IMG/VR virus record: IMGVR_UViG_3300028631_000429
Coordinates: 6,385 to 70,384 of that record
Direction: 5' to 3' (one strand)
Origin: a virus
Lineage: Duplodnaviria; Caudoviricetes
DNA length: 64,000 nucleotides
The notes under the pieces are model-generated. The model searched no databases, was not told the DNA's origin, and saw only the letters and a program-made list of their open reading frames with translations. Both the position numbers and the translations under genes were made by a program. Every line of letters starts with the position of its first letter. Position 1 is the stretch's first letter. This document shows, piece by piece, positions 1 through 9,865 of the stretch.

Positions 1-237
1 TGGGGCAACTACCTCGTCTAAAATAATCTGTACATATGGATCCATTTCTCTTGATGTTCGGCTTAATATAATTTCATCTATATCAACCTCTTCAATATCA
101 ACGGGACCGTTCAAATTGTTATTTTCACCAAACTGGATAGCAGCCTTCCTCCCATCCTCGTTCACTTTTGTATTAATATGACTATCTTGTTTTTTATAGA
201 CCCTGTACAACTTTCCATCAGATTCCTTTTTACTCAT
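1..237 (-). CDS. Hypothetical protein, partial (runs off the left edge)
   Basis: RBS GAGGTGG then ATG at 237; open for 79 codons to the edge (MSKKESDGKLYRVYKKQDSHINTKVNEDGRKAAIQFGENN...). Not in the ORF track. Confidence 0.65.
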   Translation of the reverse strand, partial: MSKKESDGKLYRVYKKQDSHINTKVNEDGRKAAIQFGENNNLNGPVDIEEVDIDEIILSRTSREMDPYVQIILDEVVAP

Positions 238-265
238 ATTCCCACCTCAAATCCAGATTGATTTC

Positions 266-479
266 TTATTTTGCATTCTTACAATTTTCCTCGATATCGA
301 ACATTGCCTTAAAATCATTGAAATTATATGGGTAAGAATTATCCCTATCAAAATGGACCCTATTGTGTCCGTTATCATACTCAATTCCAATTTCCCATTG
401 TATCTCGTCTAAAACTACGTACGCATTAAAGATTTTCTTTCAAATACTCTTCACAATACCTTTCTGGGCTTATCATCAT
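266..479 (-). pseudogene. Internally deleted remnant of a Firmicutes hypothetical protein family
   Basis: MMISPERYCEEYLKENL* followed in another frame by AYVVLDEIQWEIGIEYDNGHNRVHFDRDNSYPYNFNDFKAMFDIE; these resemble the N- and C-termini of a roughly 220-aa clostridial family recalled from memory. Confidence 0.5.
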
Positions 480-502
480 ATGGGGCACGCCTTATAGTAT
501 TA

Positions 503-1234
503 CTATTTAAGAATTCTGTTAAAATTATTTTTTATAACTTTAGAAATATCTTCTAATGACAGATTTCTTGTTTTAGCTAGATAAGAATATATTTCATCTA
601 CAAAAAATAAATCATATCTATCTTTTAAACCATACGTAAATGGAGCATCACTCTCTATCAGTATTTTATCTACTGGAATAGTATCAATTATCCTCTTGCC
701 AGAACTGCTACGAACCATTTGTTGGTTTATAGAAAAATAATAGCCTCTTTCAAGTGCATTCTTTAGTTCTCCAATTGATCCGGAATACCAATGTAAAATA
801 ACAGCCCCTTGAAAGCCTTTCAAGACATCCATTACTTCTTTCTGCGCTTTTCTTGAATGAATGCTAAGAATTTTATTTTTATGCTCGCTACAAATCTGAA
901 TAATATCTGAAAATATTTTTACCTGACTTTTTCTGTTATTCAAATCAGGTGTTGAAAAATCCAATCCTATTTCCCCTATATATCTTGTTTTATCAACATT
1001 TTTGATAAAAATGGATAACTGATCCTGATATTCACAAGCAAGCTCTGGGTGAAATCCGAGCGCCAGCTTCATATACTTATACTGTTGATAGTCTGGATAA
1101 TACTTTTCAAATAGGACTGGTAGGTTAGTAACAGCTATTGTATATGATCTCATGCATTCAATATAATCCGCTACAGCCTTTCTATCTCTATATAAGTCAA
1201 AATGCATATGTGCATCCATGGAAAAGGAAATCAT
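503..1234 (-). CDS. qatD: QatD, TatD-family nuclease
   Basis: TatD motifs DAHMH, GFHP, IGEIGLD, SIHSR, ILHWY, LIESDAPF; last gene of a four-gene overlapping operon. Confidence 0.92.
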   Translation of the reverse strand: MISFSMDAHMHFDLYRDRKAVADYIECMRSYTIAVTNLPVLFEKYYPDYQQYKYMKLALGFHPELACEYQDQLSIFIKNVDKTRYIGEIGLDFSTPDLNNRKSQVKIFSDIIQICSEHKNKILSIHSRKAQKEVMDVLKGFQGAVILHWYSGSIGELKNALERGYYFSINQQMVRSSSGKRIIDTIPVDKILIESDAPFTYGLKDRYDLFFVDEIYSYLAKTRNLSLEDISKVIKNNFNRILK

Positions 1235-2514
1235 TCTATGTCCTCCAAATATTCCATGATCTCGTTCATTCCCCTAATGTATAGCTGTGTGAATTGGTCG
1301 ATATTTTCCGTAATAGCTCCAGATTTCTGAATAGTCATAAATGCATACTTAGGATTGAATTTCTCAATTCCCATTCTATATGAGTTTAAATTCATTTTTG
1401 CAGTTTCACCACTAACAAATCTATTATCTCGATAAGAACTTTCGTCATGAAAACCTGACTTTTTGATTGCTGCCTGTCTGATTACACACGGCAAGCAATA
1501 GCCACAATGCCTTGCCTGAGTTTCTTTTAACATTCTGCCGTTATCTGGATGTGAGCATGACATTGTGTTATCTAAGTTGTTTTGTAAAAAGTCTTGATTC
1601 ATGCAATTTAATAACATCTCACCTTTTGTATGGAATTGATATGGATTCTTTAATGTTATAAGAATTCCTAAATTATTTAATAGTTTTTGAAAAAGCTTTA
1701 AATAATATGGATGCGTAGTTCTCGTACTGCTGGTGCCAAATCTTGAAAATGTGAGCGGAATATTCAATGATATCAAACCATTTTCGGGAATTAACAAATC
1801 TATCGGTTTTCCTAAAGAAGAGGCAACAGTAATAGCATGTGCAAAGAACATAAACGAGCGTGTTCTTGTTGTATCCTCCACTCCATTTACTACTTTTGCA
1901 TAATATTGATGAAAATCCCGTGTTTCTATACCATATTTTTTAATGATTCTTTCTTTTAATATGTCTTGGTATTCTTTTGTTCCTTTTCCACCACCATAAT
2001 GGCTAATGAATAGATTATTACCATGACTATTTTCCAAAAGATCAACCGCTCCTACAAAAGAATCCAAACCACCTGAAAACATACAAACTCGATCATAATT
2101 CTTTGCTATTTTTTTAGACTTTTCCATTCTTTCTTTATGGTTAATCTCTCTTGCTGTAAGTTCTCTCTTTCTAAAATGAAATGTCCAGTAATCACCACTT
2201 AAAAAACTAATCATTTTTTCGAGTAATCCACAATTTAACTCCCATTTTTCAAATTCCAATACGGGGATATATAGTTCCATCTTTCTGCTCCAGCCATCTA
2301 TCGAATTACTACGCAATACTATTCTATCAGCTGCAAAGACTGCTAAAGAGATATATAGCAAATCAATAGATTCCAATCCATACCACTGCGGCATTTTATT
2401 TTTATTGTTCCAGAAGGTAAAGGAGAAACTACTGTCATTTGCAAAGTTTATCATAACATCTTGATTTTCCGGGATAAATTCATCGTCATTATCTGTTCTA
2501 AAATTTATAATCAT
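1231..2514 (-). CDS. qatC: QatC, QueC-like ATP pyrophosphatase
   Basis: SGGLDS PP-loop, TRTRSFMF, SCSHP and HCGYCLPC Zn cluster; between qatB and qatD. Confidence 0.92.
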   Translation of the reverse strand: MIINFRTDNDDEFIPENQDVMINFANDSSFSFTFWNNKNKMPQWYGLESIDLLYISLAVFAADRIVLRSNSIDGWSRKMELYIPVLEFEKWELNCGLLEKMISFLSGDYWTFHFRKRELTAREINHKERMEKSKKIAKNYDRVCMFSGGLDSFVGAVDLLENSHGNNLFISHYGGGKGTKEYQDILKERIIKKYGIETRDFHQYYAKVVNGVEDTTRTRSFMFFAHAITVASSLGKPIDLLIPENGLISLNIPLTFSRFGTSSTRTTHPYYLKLFQKLLNNLGILITLKNPYQFHTKGEMLLNCMNQDFLQNNLDNTMSCSHPDNGRMLKETQARHCGYCLPCVIRQAAIKKSGFHDESSYRDNRFVSGETAKMNLNSYRMGIEKFNPKYAFMTIQKSGAITENIDQFTQLYIRGMNEIMEYLEDIE

Positions 2515-3278
2515 AATGTACCCTCCAATACTTCAAGGCATTTACCATAAAGTTCTGTAATGGATGCGCGAACATCCTGATTTATAATATCCCCTTTTTT
2601 CCCAAACTCAACTCTCACAGTACTAAATATATACCCTTTGAATTCTTGTTCCAGAGATTGAGTTTGCTTAGAATCATCTATATATTTTTCAAATCTACTT
2701 CCCAAATCTTTCATCATCAATGCCCATATATATGCTCCAACATATTCGTATAGAGCCTCATTCATTAAATTGAGTGGCATCTTATCTAAGCATTCTAAAT
2801 CCATCTTATTATTCTCAACATAATCATATACTTTTGACAACGCTTCTTCTGCAGCTTCTTTTGCAACAATATCTTCTTTTGTATTAGAAGCCGGAGCAAG
2901 TACATTTATTAACTGAGAAAATATATCTTCTACACTTCTGCCTGAGAATTCTATTCCCAGATTTCTAAATGTTGTAGCAAATCCATCGGTTCGGATACCA
3001 TTGAAGAATGTCCCTAATCCACTACCCGTACGAATGCCAGAAGTTGATTGAGCTGCCATCCTATGGGAACCACCAGATGCCTTAATATACTGTTTTGCAA
3101 TATGGCTTGCGGAACCCCTATGACCGCCACTATTAATAAACTTTGACATATCCGATTTTACAGTCTTCCATTTCACTGGAGCATTTTGAATAATATCACT
3201 TTTCTGTTCTCCATCGTAGTCATCTGGCAACAATGGATTTCTATCATTTTTACCATGATATATACTTGAAGTTCCCAT
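2511..3278 (-). CDS. qatB: QatB
   Basis: N-terminus MGTSS...PLLP typical of QatB; position between KAP NTPase and QueC-like gene. Confidence 0.85.
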   Translation of the reverse strand: MGTSSIYHGKNDRNPLLPDDYDGEQKSDIIQNAPVKWKTVKSDMSKFINSGGHRGSASHIAKQYIKASGGSHRMAAQSTSGIRTGSGLGTFFNGIRTDGFATTFRNLGIEFSGRSVEDIFSQLINVLAPASNTKEDIVAKEAAEEALSKVYDYVENNKMDLECLDKMPLNLMNEALYEYVGAYIWALMMKDLGSRFEKYIDDSKQTQSLEQEFKGYIFSTVRVEFGKKGDIINQDVRASITELYGKCLEVLEGTL

Positions 3279-3290
3279 ACACTTCCCCCC

Positions 3291-5105
3291 TTATTTTAAT
3301 TCTTTAAACACAGCCTTTAACCTGTCGTTGTCTATAATCCAAGCATCTGCAATCTCTTTCATTTCTAAAACTTTATGGGACTTTTGGGCAAAAGCAACAA
3401 GCATTGGTGCAAATCCCATCGTAATCTGACTTCCTTTAAGCGATTTAAGATGTGCAAATGTTTCTGCATACAAGCTTTCTCTTGAACCCCCCCAAGCAAT
3501 AAAGGCATCAAATTTAACTTTATCTATACTGGTGTCTGCAATTATAGAATTAAATACTGCTTCCAAAATTTTCGCCGCCTCACTGTCACCAATCGTATTG
3601 GCTTTACTAATAGCATTCTTCAATTGTAAGTCAGACTTAGAAATTAACTTATCAAAGATATCTTGTGCTGTCGGAGACAATTTTGAACTCATATATTTTA
3701 CTTTTTCATCAAGTGATGTTCTGGTAAAATAAAAATATAATGTTAAATCTTCATTAGCTAATTTAGGTTCTATTTTACACCAGTTTTGTACCCAAACATC
3801 ATCCTTCCAAATTTTAAGAGCTTCTAACTCTTCTGACTTTTCTTCTTCAAATATAGATAACTCTTTAGATAGAATGCCAGCAGCGGACAATTCAGCAATA
3901 GACTTAAATAAGCTTGGCTTTATGTATTCTAACATCATGATTTTTGCCAACACTTTACGATCCAGGGTTTTGTGCTTATATTTAGCCATCTTAATACGCA
4001 TATCGAGGGAATTCAAAAATCTTTTGCATTGTCGTGGGTTTCCACTTAATCCCTTGGACAATACACTCGCAAGCTGTTTTGCAACAATCATACCTTCTGT
4101 AGCTTTTAATTTTAATTCCTCTTCTTCAACAACTCCATCAATAACTTTTTTTAGAGAAAACTGTGTAAAATCTTCAAGTCTGTCATTATTAATTTTTTCT
4201 ATTATGGTATTAAATATTTCATTTGGTAGCTCTTCTTGGAAAAGTAAACATGCAATATAAATTTCGACTTCATCTTCATTCAATTTTGGTATTCTGATCG
4301 GATATTGAATTAGTTTTTCAAGATATTCTTTACCAATACTAATCTGACTGCCTTCAATTTCTTTATACTTACTATTTACGGCATAAGAAATGTGACGTTC
4401 ATCTGCCCCAATGACAAAGGCTACTTTCCCATGAAACATAAATAGTTTCATAGCTTCCAAAGTATCCAAAATCGTATTAGGATTGCACCTATCTAATTCA
4501 TCAATGAATACAACCAGCCTTGAAATTTTTGTAGCCTCTAGTAATTTTTCAAATTCCTGTTGAAACTTACGAATATCCTCACGCAATTCTTTGTTATTTA
4601 ATTCATCATTAATTGCTGCTTTAATTTCATCAAAATCAATATCATCTGCTTGATCTGATATCTGCTTTACTACAGAATTAATTGTTATATCAGCAAGAGT
4701 TCCTAAACCACCTGTAAGCAGTAAATCTGCCCCTACTTTAACCCCTTTTCTTACAAGTTTAAATTTATCAACACTATCATATAAACCTTTTAAGATGTTT
4801 TTTGCCTTTGAAGACATTCTTTTTTGCTTTGCTATCTCATCTAAAATAGAACCTAAAATTGCAGACTTAGCATCGTCATAGCTTTCAAAAAGCCATCCAT
4901 TAAACACAAGGCATTTAATTTTTTCATCTTCCTCTTCAAGTCTTTTCTTACACATATACATAAGACTTGATTTACCACTTCCCCAATCCCCATAGACGCC
5001 TATACTGGCAGGAAGTAAATTATCATCAGTAATGGTATGTTTTAAAACATTAATTAAATAATCATAATCTAAAAAATCAAGCTCTGTTTCACTATCCTTC
5101 CACAT
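3291..5105 (-). CDS. qatA: QatA, KAP-family P-loop NTPase
   Basis: Walker A GDWGSGKSS, Walker B VFIDELDRC, YLEKLIQ, GNPRQCKRFLN KAP motifs. Confidence 0.92.
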   Translation of the reverse strand: MWKDSETELDFLDYDYLINVLKHTITDDNLLPASIGVYGDWGSGKSSLMYMCKKRLEEEDEKIKCLVFNGWLFESYDDAKSAILGSILDEIAKQKRMSSKAKNILKGLYDSVDKFKLVRKGVKVGADLLLTGGLGTLADITINSVVKQISDQADDIDFDEIKAAINDELNNKELREDIRKFQQEFEKLLEATKISRLVVFIDELDRCNPNTILDTLEAMKLFMFHGKVAFVIGADERHISYAVNSKYKEIEGSQISIGKEYLEKLIQYPIRIPKLNEDEVEIYIACLLFQEELPNEIFNTIIEKINNDRLEDFTQFSLKKVIDGVVEEEELKLKATEGMIVAKQLASVLSKGLSGNPRQCKRFLNSLDMRIKMAKYKHKTLDRKVLAKIMMLEYIKPSLFKSIAELSAAGILSKELSIFEEEKSEELEALKIWKDDVWVQNWCKIEPKLANEDLTLYFYFTRTSLDEKVKYMSSKLSPTAQDIFDKLISKSDLQLKNAISKANTIGDSEAAKILEAVFNSIIADTSIDKVKFDAFIAWGGSRESLYAETFAHLKSLKGSQITMGFAPMLVAFAQKSHKVLEMKEIADAWIIDNDRLKAVFKELK

Positions 5106-5228
5106 AAAAACACTCTCCTATAACCTCTCTTTATACGGATAAGTTTGTTTACATATTTCAATCTTAATATCCACAATTACTTTTCCTAAGTCTTTAGTGA
5201 ATATATCTTTTTACACTACCCTATATTA

Positions 5229-5237
5229 ATCATAACA
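5229..5237 (-). promoter_or_regulatory. Possible extended -10 promoter for qatABCD
   Basis: Minus strand TGtTATGAT about 125 nt upstream of qatA; no convincing -35. Confidence 0.35.
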
Positions 5238-5275
5238 CAATAAATACCATTTTTCGATGTATTATTTGTAAAGAA

Positions 5276-5331
5276 AAAACTACTAACAGTAAAACCCTCA
5301 GCGGACCGAGGATTTTAGTCTTAGTAGTTTT
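5276..5331. repeat. 56-bp imperfect inverted repeat: candidate recombinase att site or terminator
   Basis: AAAACTACTAAcagTAAAAcCCTC-agcggacc-GAGGaTTTTAgtcTTAGTAGTTTT, about 70 bp past the stop of the last recombinase. Confidence 0.5.
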
Positions 5332-5403
5332 CAGCAGGAGTGGGAACCCCACCCCTGCCTAATTCTACACACCGGAGCATCCATTAAGGCCTTCATCATC
5401 GTA

Positions 5404-7050
5404 TTAATCTTCATAAAACTCAATCTCTTGTTCCATAATGATGCCATATTTAAAGTGAATTTCAATTTTGGATTCATTTATTACCTTGATTCTAAGTATC
5501 AAGCGTCTGATTAAATCCTCATCAAACTCTCCGACCCTGCAGCTTACCCTGCCAAGGTAAGAGTCCATCCCATCCACCCTTTGCTCATACTCGCCGGCCA
5601 ACTTCTGTTCTCTTGCCAGCTTTAATTTTTTCATCTTGAGGGTTTGCATTTCTTCTGCAATTTTTCTATACTGTTCATGAAAATCTTCATTGATGGCCCC
5701 TTGCTTGGCATTTTCTTCGATTAAGGTAAGGAGCTGTTTTTGCAGCTTGGTAATTTCCTCATCAAACTCTGTTTTTATGTTTTTTGTTGTGTAGTTACCA
5801 ATCACTCGGATTACATTCTCTCTGAATGCTCCTACAACCTCCCTTTGATTTTCTACTACACTGTCCACAGCCTTCATAATTGCTTCGTGCAGGGGTTTTT
5901 CTTTTAAGGTGGCGGAATGCTTACAAGTTTTTGTTCCGTTTAACAATCGGCTTTCACATCGCCACACGGGAGTAAGATTTCCATTCCTTGACCAGGTCTG
6001 CCTACGATAAGGGTGGGAGCATTCTCCGCAGACAAGAATGTCTGAGAGTACATATTTAGAACTGTACTTACTTTTTTCTTTTTTAGCCCGTCTGGCAATG
6101 GACGGCTTATGAAGGCTTGCCCGTCTTGCTCTTTCTTCCTGCACTTGGTAAAAAAGCTCTTTTGGGATAATTGCTTCATGGTTATCCTCAATATAATATT
6201 GAGGTACGATGCCGTCATTCTTCACTCTCTTTTTTGTAAGGAAATCAACTGTATATGTCTTTTGCTGCAGGACATCGCCCATATACTTTTCGTTCTGGAG
6301 TATCTTTGCGATGACAGTATCATGCCATTTATCTTTTCCTGTTACCGTCTTAATACCATCTGCCATAAAGGTATTCGCTATCTGCTGTGTACTTAGCCCT
6401 TCAAGGTAAAGACGATAGATTCTTCTGACTAACTTCGCTTGTTCCGGTACGATGACCAGCTCGCCATCCTCATCTTTTGTGTATCCTAAAAACTTCTTAT
6501 GATTGACCAGCACCACACCGTTTTCATATCTTCTTGCGATTCCCCAGCGCGTGTTTTCACTTAAGTTACGGCTTTCTTCTTGTGCTTGGCTACTTAAAAT
6601 GGTGATTAAAAGTTCACCTGTCGCCTCCAGTGTATTGACACCTTCTTTTTCAAAAATGATGCCGATATTTTTCTCCTTGAGCTTTCTTATGGTTTGCAGG
6701 GAATCTACTGTATTTCTTGCGAAACGACTGACTGATTTGGTTAGTATTAAGTCTATTTTTCCTGCCATGCAGTCATCAATCATGGAGTTAAAGTCATCCC
6801 TCTTTTTCATATTGGTTGCAGACTTCCCATCATCTGCATAAATGCCTGCCAGCTTCCAGTTTGGATTCTGCTGAATTTTCTCTGTATAATAAGATATCTG
6901 AGCATCGTAACTGCTTTCCTGCTGTTCCAGCAAAGTGCTGACTCTACAGTAAGCTGCTACTCTTAATGCTTTTAGCTGTACTTTGATGTTCCTGTCATAA
7001 GCTGGTTGTGAAGGTATGATAGATACATTTTTCTTTTTAACTGCTTGCAC
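5404..7050 (-). CDS. Large serine recombinase (TndX/CcrB-like)
   Basis: Catalytic AAYCRVST, KSVSRFARN, recombinase domain, CxxC Zn ribbon. Start moved to GTG 7050 behind RBS AAAGGGGG. Confidence 0.93.
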   Translation of the reverse strand: MQAVKKKNVSIIPSQPAYDRNIKVQLKALRVAAYCRVSTLLEQQESSYDAQISYYTEKIQQNPNWKLAGIYADDGKSATNMKKRDDFNSMIDDCMAGKIDLILTKSVSRFARNTVDSLQTIRKLKEKNIGIIFEKEGVNTLEATGELLITILSSQAQEESRNLSENTRWGIARRYENGVVLVNHKKFLGYTKDEDGELVIVPEQAKLVRRIYRLYLEGLSTQQIANTFMADGIKTVTGKDKWHDTVIAKILQNEKYMGDVLQQKTYTVDFLTKKRVKNDGIVPQYYIEDNHEAIIPKELFYQVQEERARRASLHKPSIARRAKKEKSKYSSKYVLSDILVCGECSHPYRRQTWSRNGNLTPVWRCESRLLNGTKTCKHSATLKEKPLHEAIMKAVDSVVENQREVVGAFRENVIRVIGNYTTKNIKTEFDEEITKLQKQLLTLIEENAKQGAINEDFHEQYRKIAEEMQTLKMKKLKLAREQKLAGEYEQRVDGMDSYLGRVSCRVGEFDEDLIRRLILRIKVINESKIEIHFKYGIIMEQEIEFYED

Positions 7051-7960
7051 ATTTATCCCCCTTTCTATAAGTTTCATGGACAGTAAGTCCATGAATAAAT
7101 TCTATTTCAACTCGTCCATCTTCATAGATGACCAGTTTTTTGACTGTCTGTAAAAATAATTCTTCATGAAATTCTGTTTGCTGTTTCCTATTTGAAAGGG
7201 CTTGCTTTATGTTTTTTGTATGATGGTCATAATCATAAACCTGCGCAGTTTGATAAAGGAGTGCTGCCCTTTGAAAAATCATCGTCGCCAGCTCCTTGGA
7301 GGAAAATTGTTCGTCTGCTTCCATGTCTTTAACCCTTTGATCAAGCTTCCAGAATTCTGGTGAATAACGCTTTGGAGCCTCCTTTTGTTTCTTCTGCAGT
7401 AAAGAAGGTGTTCTTATTATCTTGTTTACCGCAGAAATAAAAACTTCTTTTATTTGCTCGTCCGTAATTACCCCACAGATACATTGGACCCTGTTTTTAT
7501 AAATATAATGCTTGCACTTCCATTTGCTTTTTTCAGAAGGTTTTCCACAGTTCTCTGTATATTTTCTGAATACCTCTCTGCACTCACCGCACCAAAGTCT
7601 GCCACTGAATGGGCTTTGATTATTCATGCTATTTGGCTGCATAAGCCGTCCAAGCTTTTTGCGCTGTTCCTTTCTACGGTTCTGTACCTGTTCAAAAATT
7701 TCCGTTTCTATCATCTGCGGATACATCTCATCGCCTAAATACTTTATGTTTTCTAAAATTTTGCCAACAGAGCCATGATTCCAAGATGGTTTGTTGTTTG
7801 CGTTTGGAACTCCCTTTGCTGTAAGTTCCTTTGCTATTGCATAGGTAGAGCTTCCTGAAAGGTAATTGTCAAAAACCTCTCTTACAACCTTTGCTTTTTC
7901 TTCTTCAACATATATCTTTCCGTTTCGCATCCGAAACCCTATAGGTGTGTGCCTTTGCAT
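7037..7960 (-). CDS. Recombinase-domain protein without catalytic resolvase domain
   Basis: Starts at PIGF (recombinase domain), has CGEC Zn ribbon, no YxRxS. ATG 7960 behind AAGGAGG. Confidence 0.85.
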   Translation of the reverse strand: MQRHTPIGFRMRNGKIYVEEEKAKVVREVFDNYLSGSSTYAIAKELTAKGVPNANNKPSWNHGSVGKILENIKYLGDEMYPQMIETEIFEQVQNRRKEQRKKLGRLMQPNSMNNQSPFSGRLWCGECREVFRKYTENCGKPSEKSKWKCKHYIYKNRVQCICGVITDEQIKEVFISAVNKIIRTPSLLQKKQKEAPKRYSPEFWKLDQRVKDMEADEQFSSKELATMIFQRAALLYQTAQVYDYDHHTKNIKQALSNRKQQTEFHEELFLQTVKKLVIYEDGRVEIEFIHGLTVHETYRKGDKCASS

Positions 7961-9575
7961 CTTTGTTATCCTCCTTTCCACAGTTTTCTGAAAACTCCAG
8001 TTTGTTCTTTAAACGGAAGGTTACAATTTTCCCTTCCTTTATAATAATCTGATCCACTGTTTCTAAAAACAAATCCTCACGGTATGTATCCTGTATCCCT
8101 GGATTGCTTTCCAACAGTCCTATAAGTTGTTCAGTATAAAAAATTTCTGTTTCAAATCCGCTGTCATCAAGCAGGCCTTTCCTCTTTTTTCGCATGGAAT
8201 CCAACTCTATTTGCAGGGCAGTCTGCTTCTCTATAAAAATAGCAGGGTCAAGATATCCTTTTGCAGCTACGCCGCTTAAGATATGACTCTGCTTTGAAAG
8301 TTCCATTATTTTTTCATTACATTCTCTGATGTCCTTTTCCTGCTGTTCATCAGCACGCAGCTTTCGTAAGGATTCCAGCATCGGAGAAAGGATTTCTAAA
8401 TAATTCCCGGAGAGCTTATTCCACATCAAGATAAATGCTTCTTTTATAATATCCTCCCGGATTGCTATCATGCTGCATTTTTCTTTATCTTCAATGTGCT
8501 GGATACAAGACCATTGCACTTTCTCATAAGGCTTTCCGATATAAATTTTCTGCCTCCTGAACACCTTTCCGCATTCCCCGCATATAATTTTGCTACTGTA
8601 GGCATAACGGTTTTGTGATTTTATACCATCGACCTTCATTTGCTTGCGGCGGTATTCATAAATTTCCCTGACCGCTTCTGCCTCTTCCATACTGATAATG
8701 GGTTCATGATTCTCAGAAATAAAATACTGAGGTAGCTCACCCTTATTTCTTTTTCTCCTAAAGGGGATTACCTCAGTAGTAAATGTCTTTTGCAATATTA
8801 AGTTTCCTGTATAGATTGGGTTAAGAAGAATTTCTTTTACCACCCCTTCTGACCATCTTTCAGCACCTCGTATGGTTTGTATTCCTTTCTCACTCAATTC
8901 CCTCGCAATAACATAGGAGCCTTTGCCGTTTAGATACTGTTTGAAAATATAGCGGACAGTTTCAGCTTCTTGTTCCTCAATAATCAGCTCACCTCTTTCA
9001 TCTTTAACATATCCGAGGGCAGGAGTTCCTATCTTAAAGGTACCGTCTTGAAACCGTTTAATCGCCGCCCACTTGTTGTTTGTTGAAATGCTTTCTGCCT
9101 CTCCTTGCGCTAAGGAGCTTAAGATGGTCAAGAGCATTTCACTGCTCTCAAATAATGTATTAATATTCTCTTTCTCGAAAAACACTGCAATACCAAGCAG
9201 TTTCAGCTTACGGATTGCCTTTATACTGTCAACGGTATTTCTTGCGAAGCGGGTTACTGATTTTGTGATGATCATATCAATTTTTCCAGCTTCACAATCT
9301 TTTATCATGCGTAGAAAGTCATCCCTTTTCTGCAGCTTCGTCCCACTTCGAGCTTCGTCTGCATAAACCCCGACATACTGCCAATCACTTCTTTTGCTAA
9401 TTAGTTCTTCATAATAGGCAGTCTGCGCAGTAAATGAATTCTGCTGCTCTCTTGAATCAGTACTGACACGACAGTAAGCACAAACCCGTTTTTGCGGCTG
9501 AAGTTGCATTATAACCTGAGGTTTCACAGGATTAATTTTGGTTATCTTTTTTGCTTTTTTCTGTTTGCCTGCCAT
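7905..9575 (-). CDS. Large serine recombinase
   Basis: CAYCRVST, KSVTRFARN, CGEC Zn ribbon. ATG 9575 behind AAGGAGG. Confidence 0.93.
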   Translation of the reverse strand: MAGKQKKAKKITKINPVKPQVIMQLQPQKRVCAYCRVSTDSREQQNSFTAQTAYYEELISKRSDWQYVGVYADEARSGTKLQKRDDFLRMIKDCEAGKIDMIITKSVTRFARNTVDSIKAIRKLKLLGIAVFFEKENINTLFESSEMLLTILSSLAQGEAESISTNNKWAAIKRFQDGTFKIGTPALGYVKDERGELIIEEQEAETVRYIFKQYLNGKGSYVIARELSEKGIQTIRGAERWSEGVVKEILLNPIYTGNLILQKTFTTEVIPFRRKRNKGELPQYFISENHEPIISMEEAEAVREIYEYRRKQMKVDGIKSQNRYAYSSKIICGECGKVFRRQKIYIGKPYEKVQWSCIQHIEDKEKCSMIAIREDIIKEAFILMWNKLSGNYLEILSPMLESLRKLRADEQQEKDIRECNEKIMELSKQSHILSGVAAKGYLDPAIFIEKQTALQIELDSMRKKRKGLLDDSGFETEIFYTEQLIGLLESNPGIQDTYREDLFLETVDQIIIKEGKIVTFRLKNKLEFSENCGKEDNKDAKAHTYRVSDAKRKDIC

Positions 9576-9655
9576 GTTCTTTTCCTCCTTTCTAACAGAT
9601 TTTCCTTCTGTTAGCAACACACATTACCACACAAGTTTTGGAATAGCTACTGTTA

Positions 9656-9817
9656 TTACACATATACTTTTGCAAGTTGAGGAAGAAATGTTTGGCGGTT
9701 CAAAGCATCAATTTCTTCATATTCTTCATTGGTGATTAAATCGTTACGAAGCAGGATTCCCAGGTACTTCAATGTGATTTTATATTTAACTTCATTAGCT
9801 GTTTGCTCTTTTGACAC
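9656..9817 (-). CDS. Small SHOCT-like protein (53 aa)
   Basis: RBS AGGGGG, GTG start, MSKEQTANEVKYKITLKYLGILLRNDLITNEEYEEIDALNRQTF; LIT-EEY pattern is SHOCT-like. Not in the ORF track. Confidence 0.75.
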   Translation of the reverse strand: MSKEQTANEVKYKITLKYLGILLRNDLITNEEYEEIDALNRQTFLPQLAKVYV

Positions 9818-9865
9818 AAATATAACCCCCTATATCTAATGTACTTTTTCCTTTTCATAACCGTA

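Noticed and set aside
5404-9620. Programmed frameshift fusing the three recombinase genes
   Set aside because: Each gene has its own strong RBS and start codon inside the overlap; no slippery site needed.
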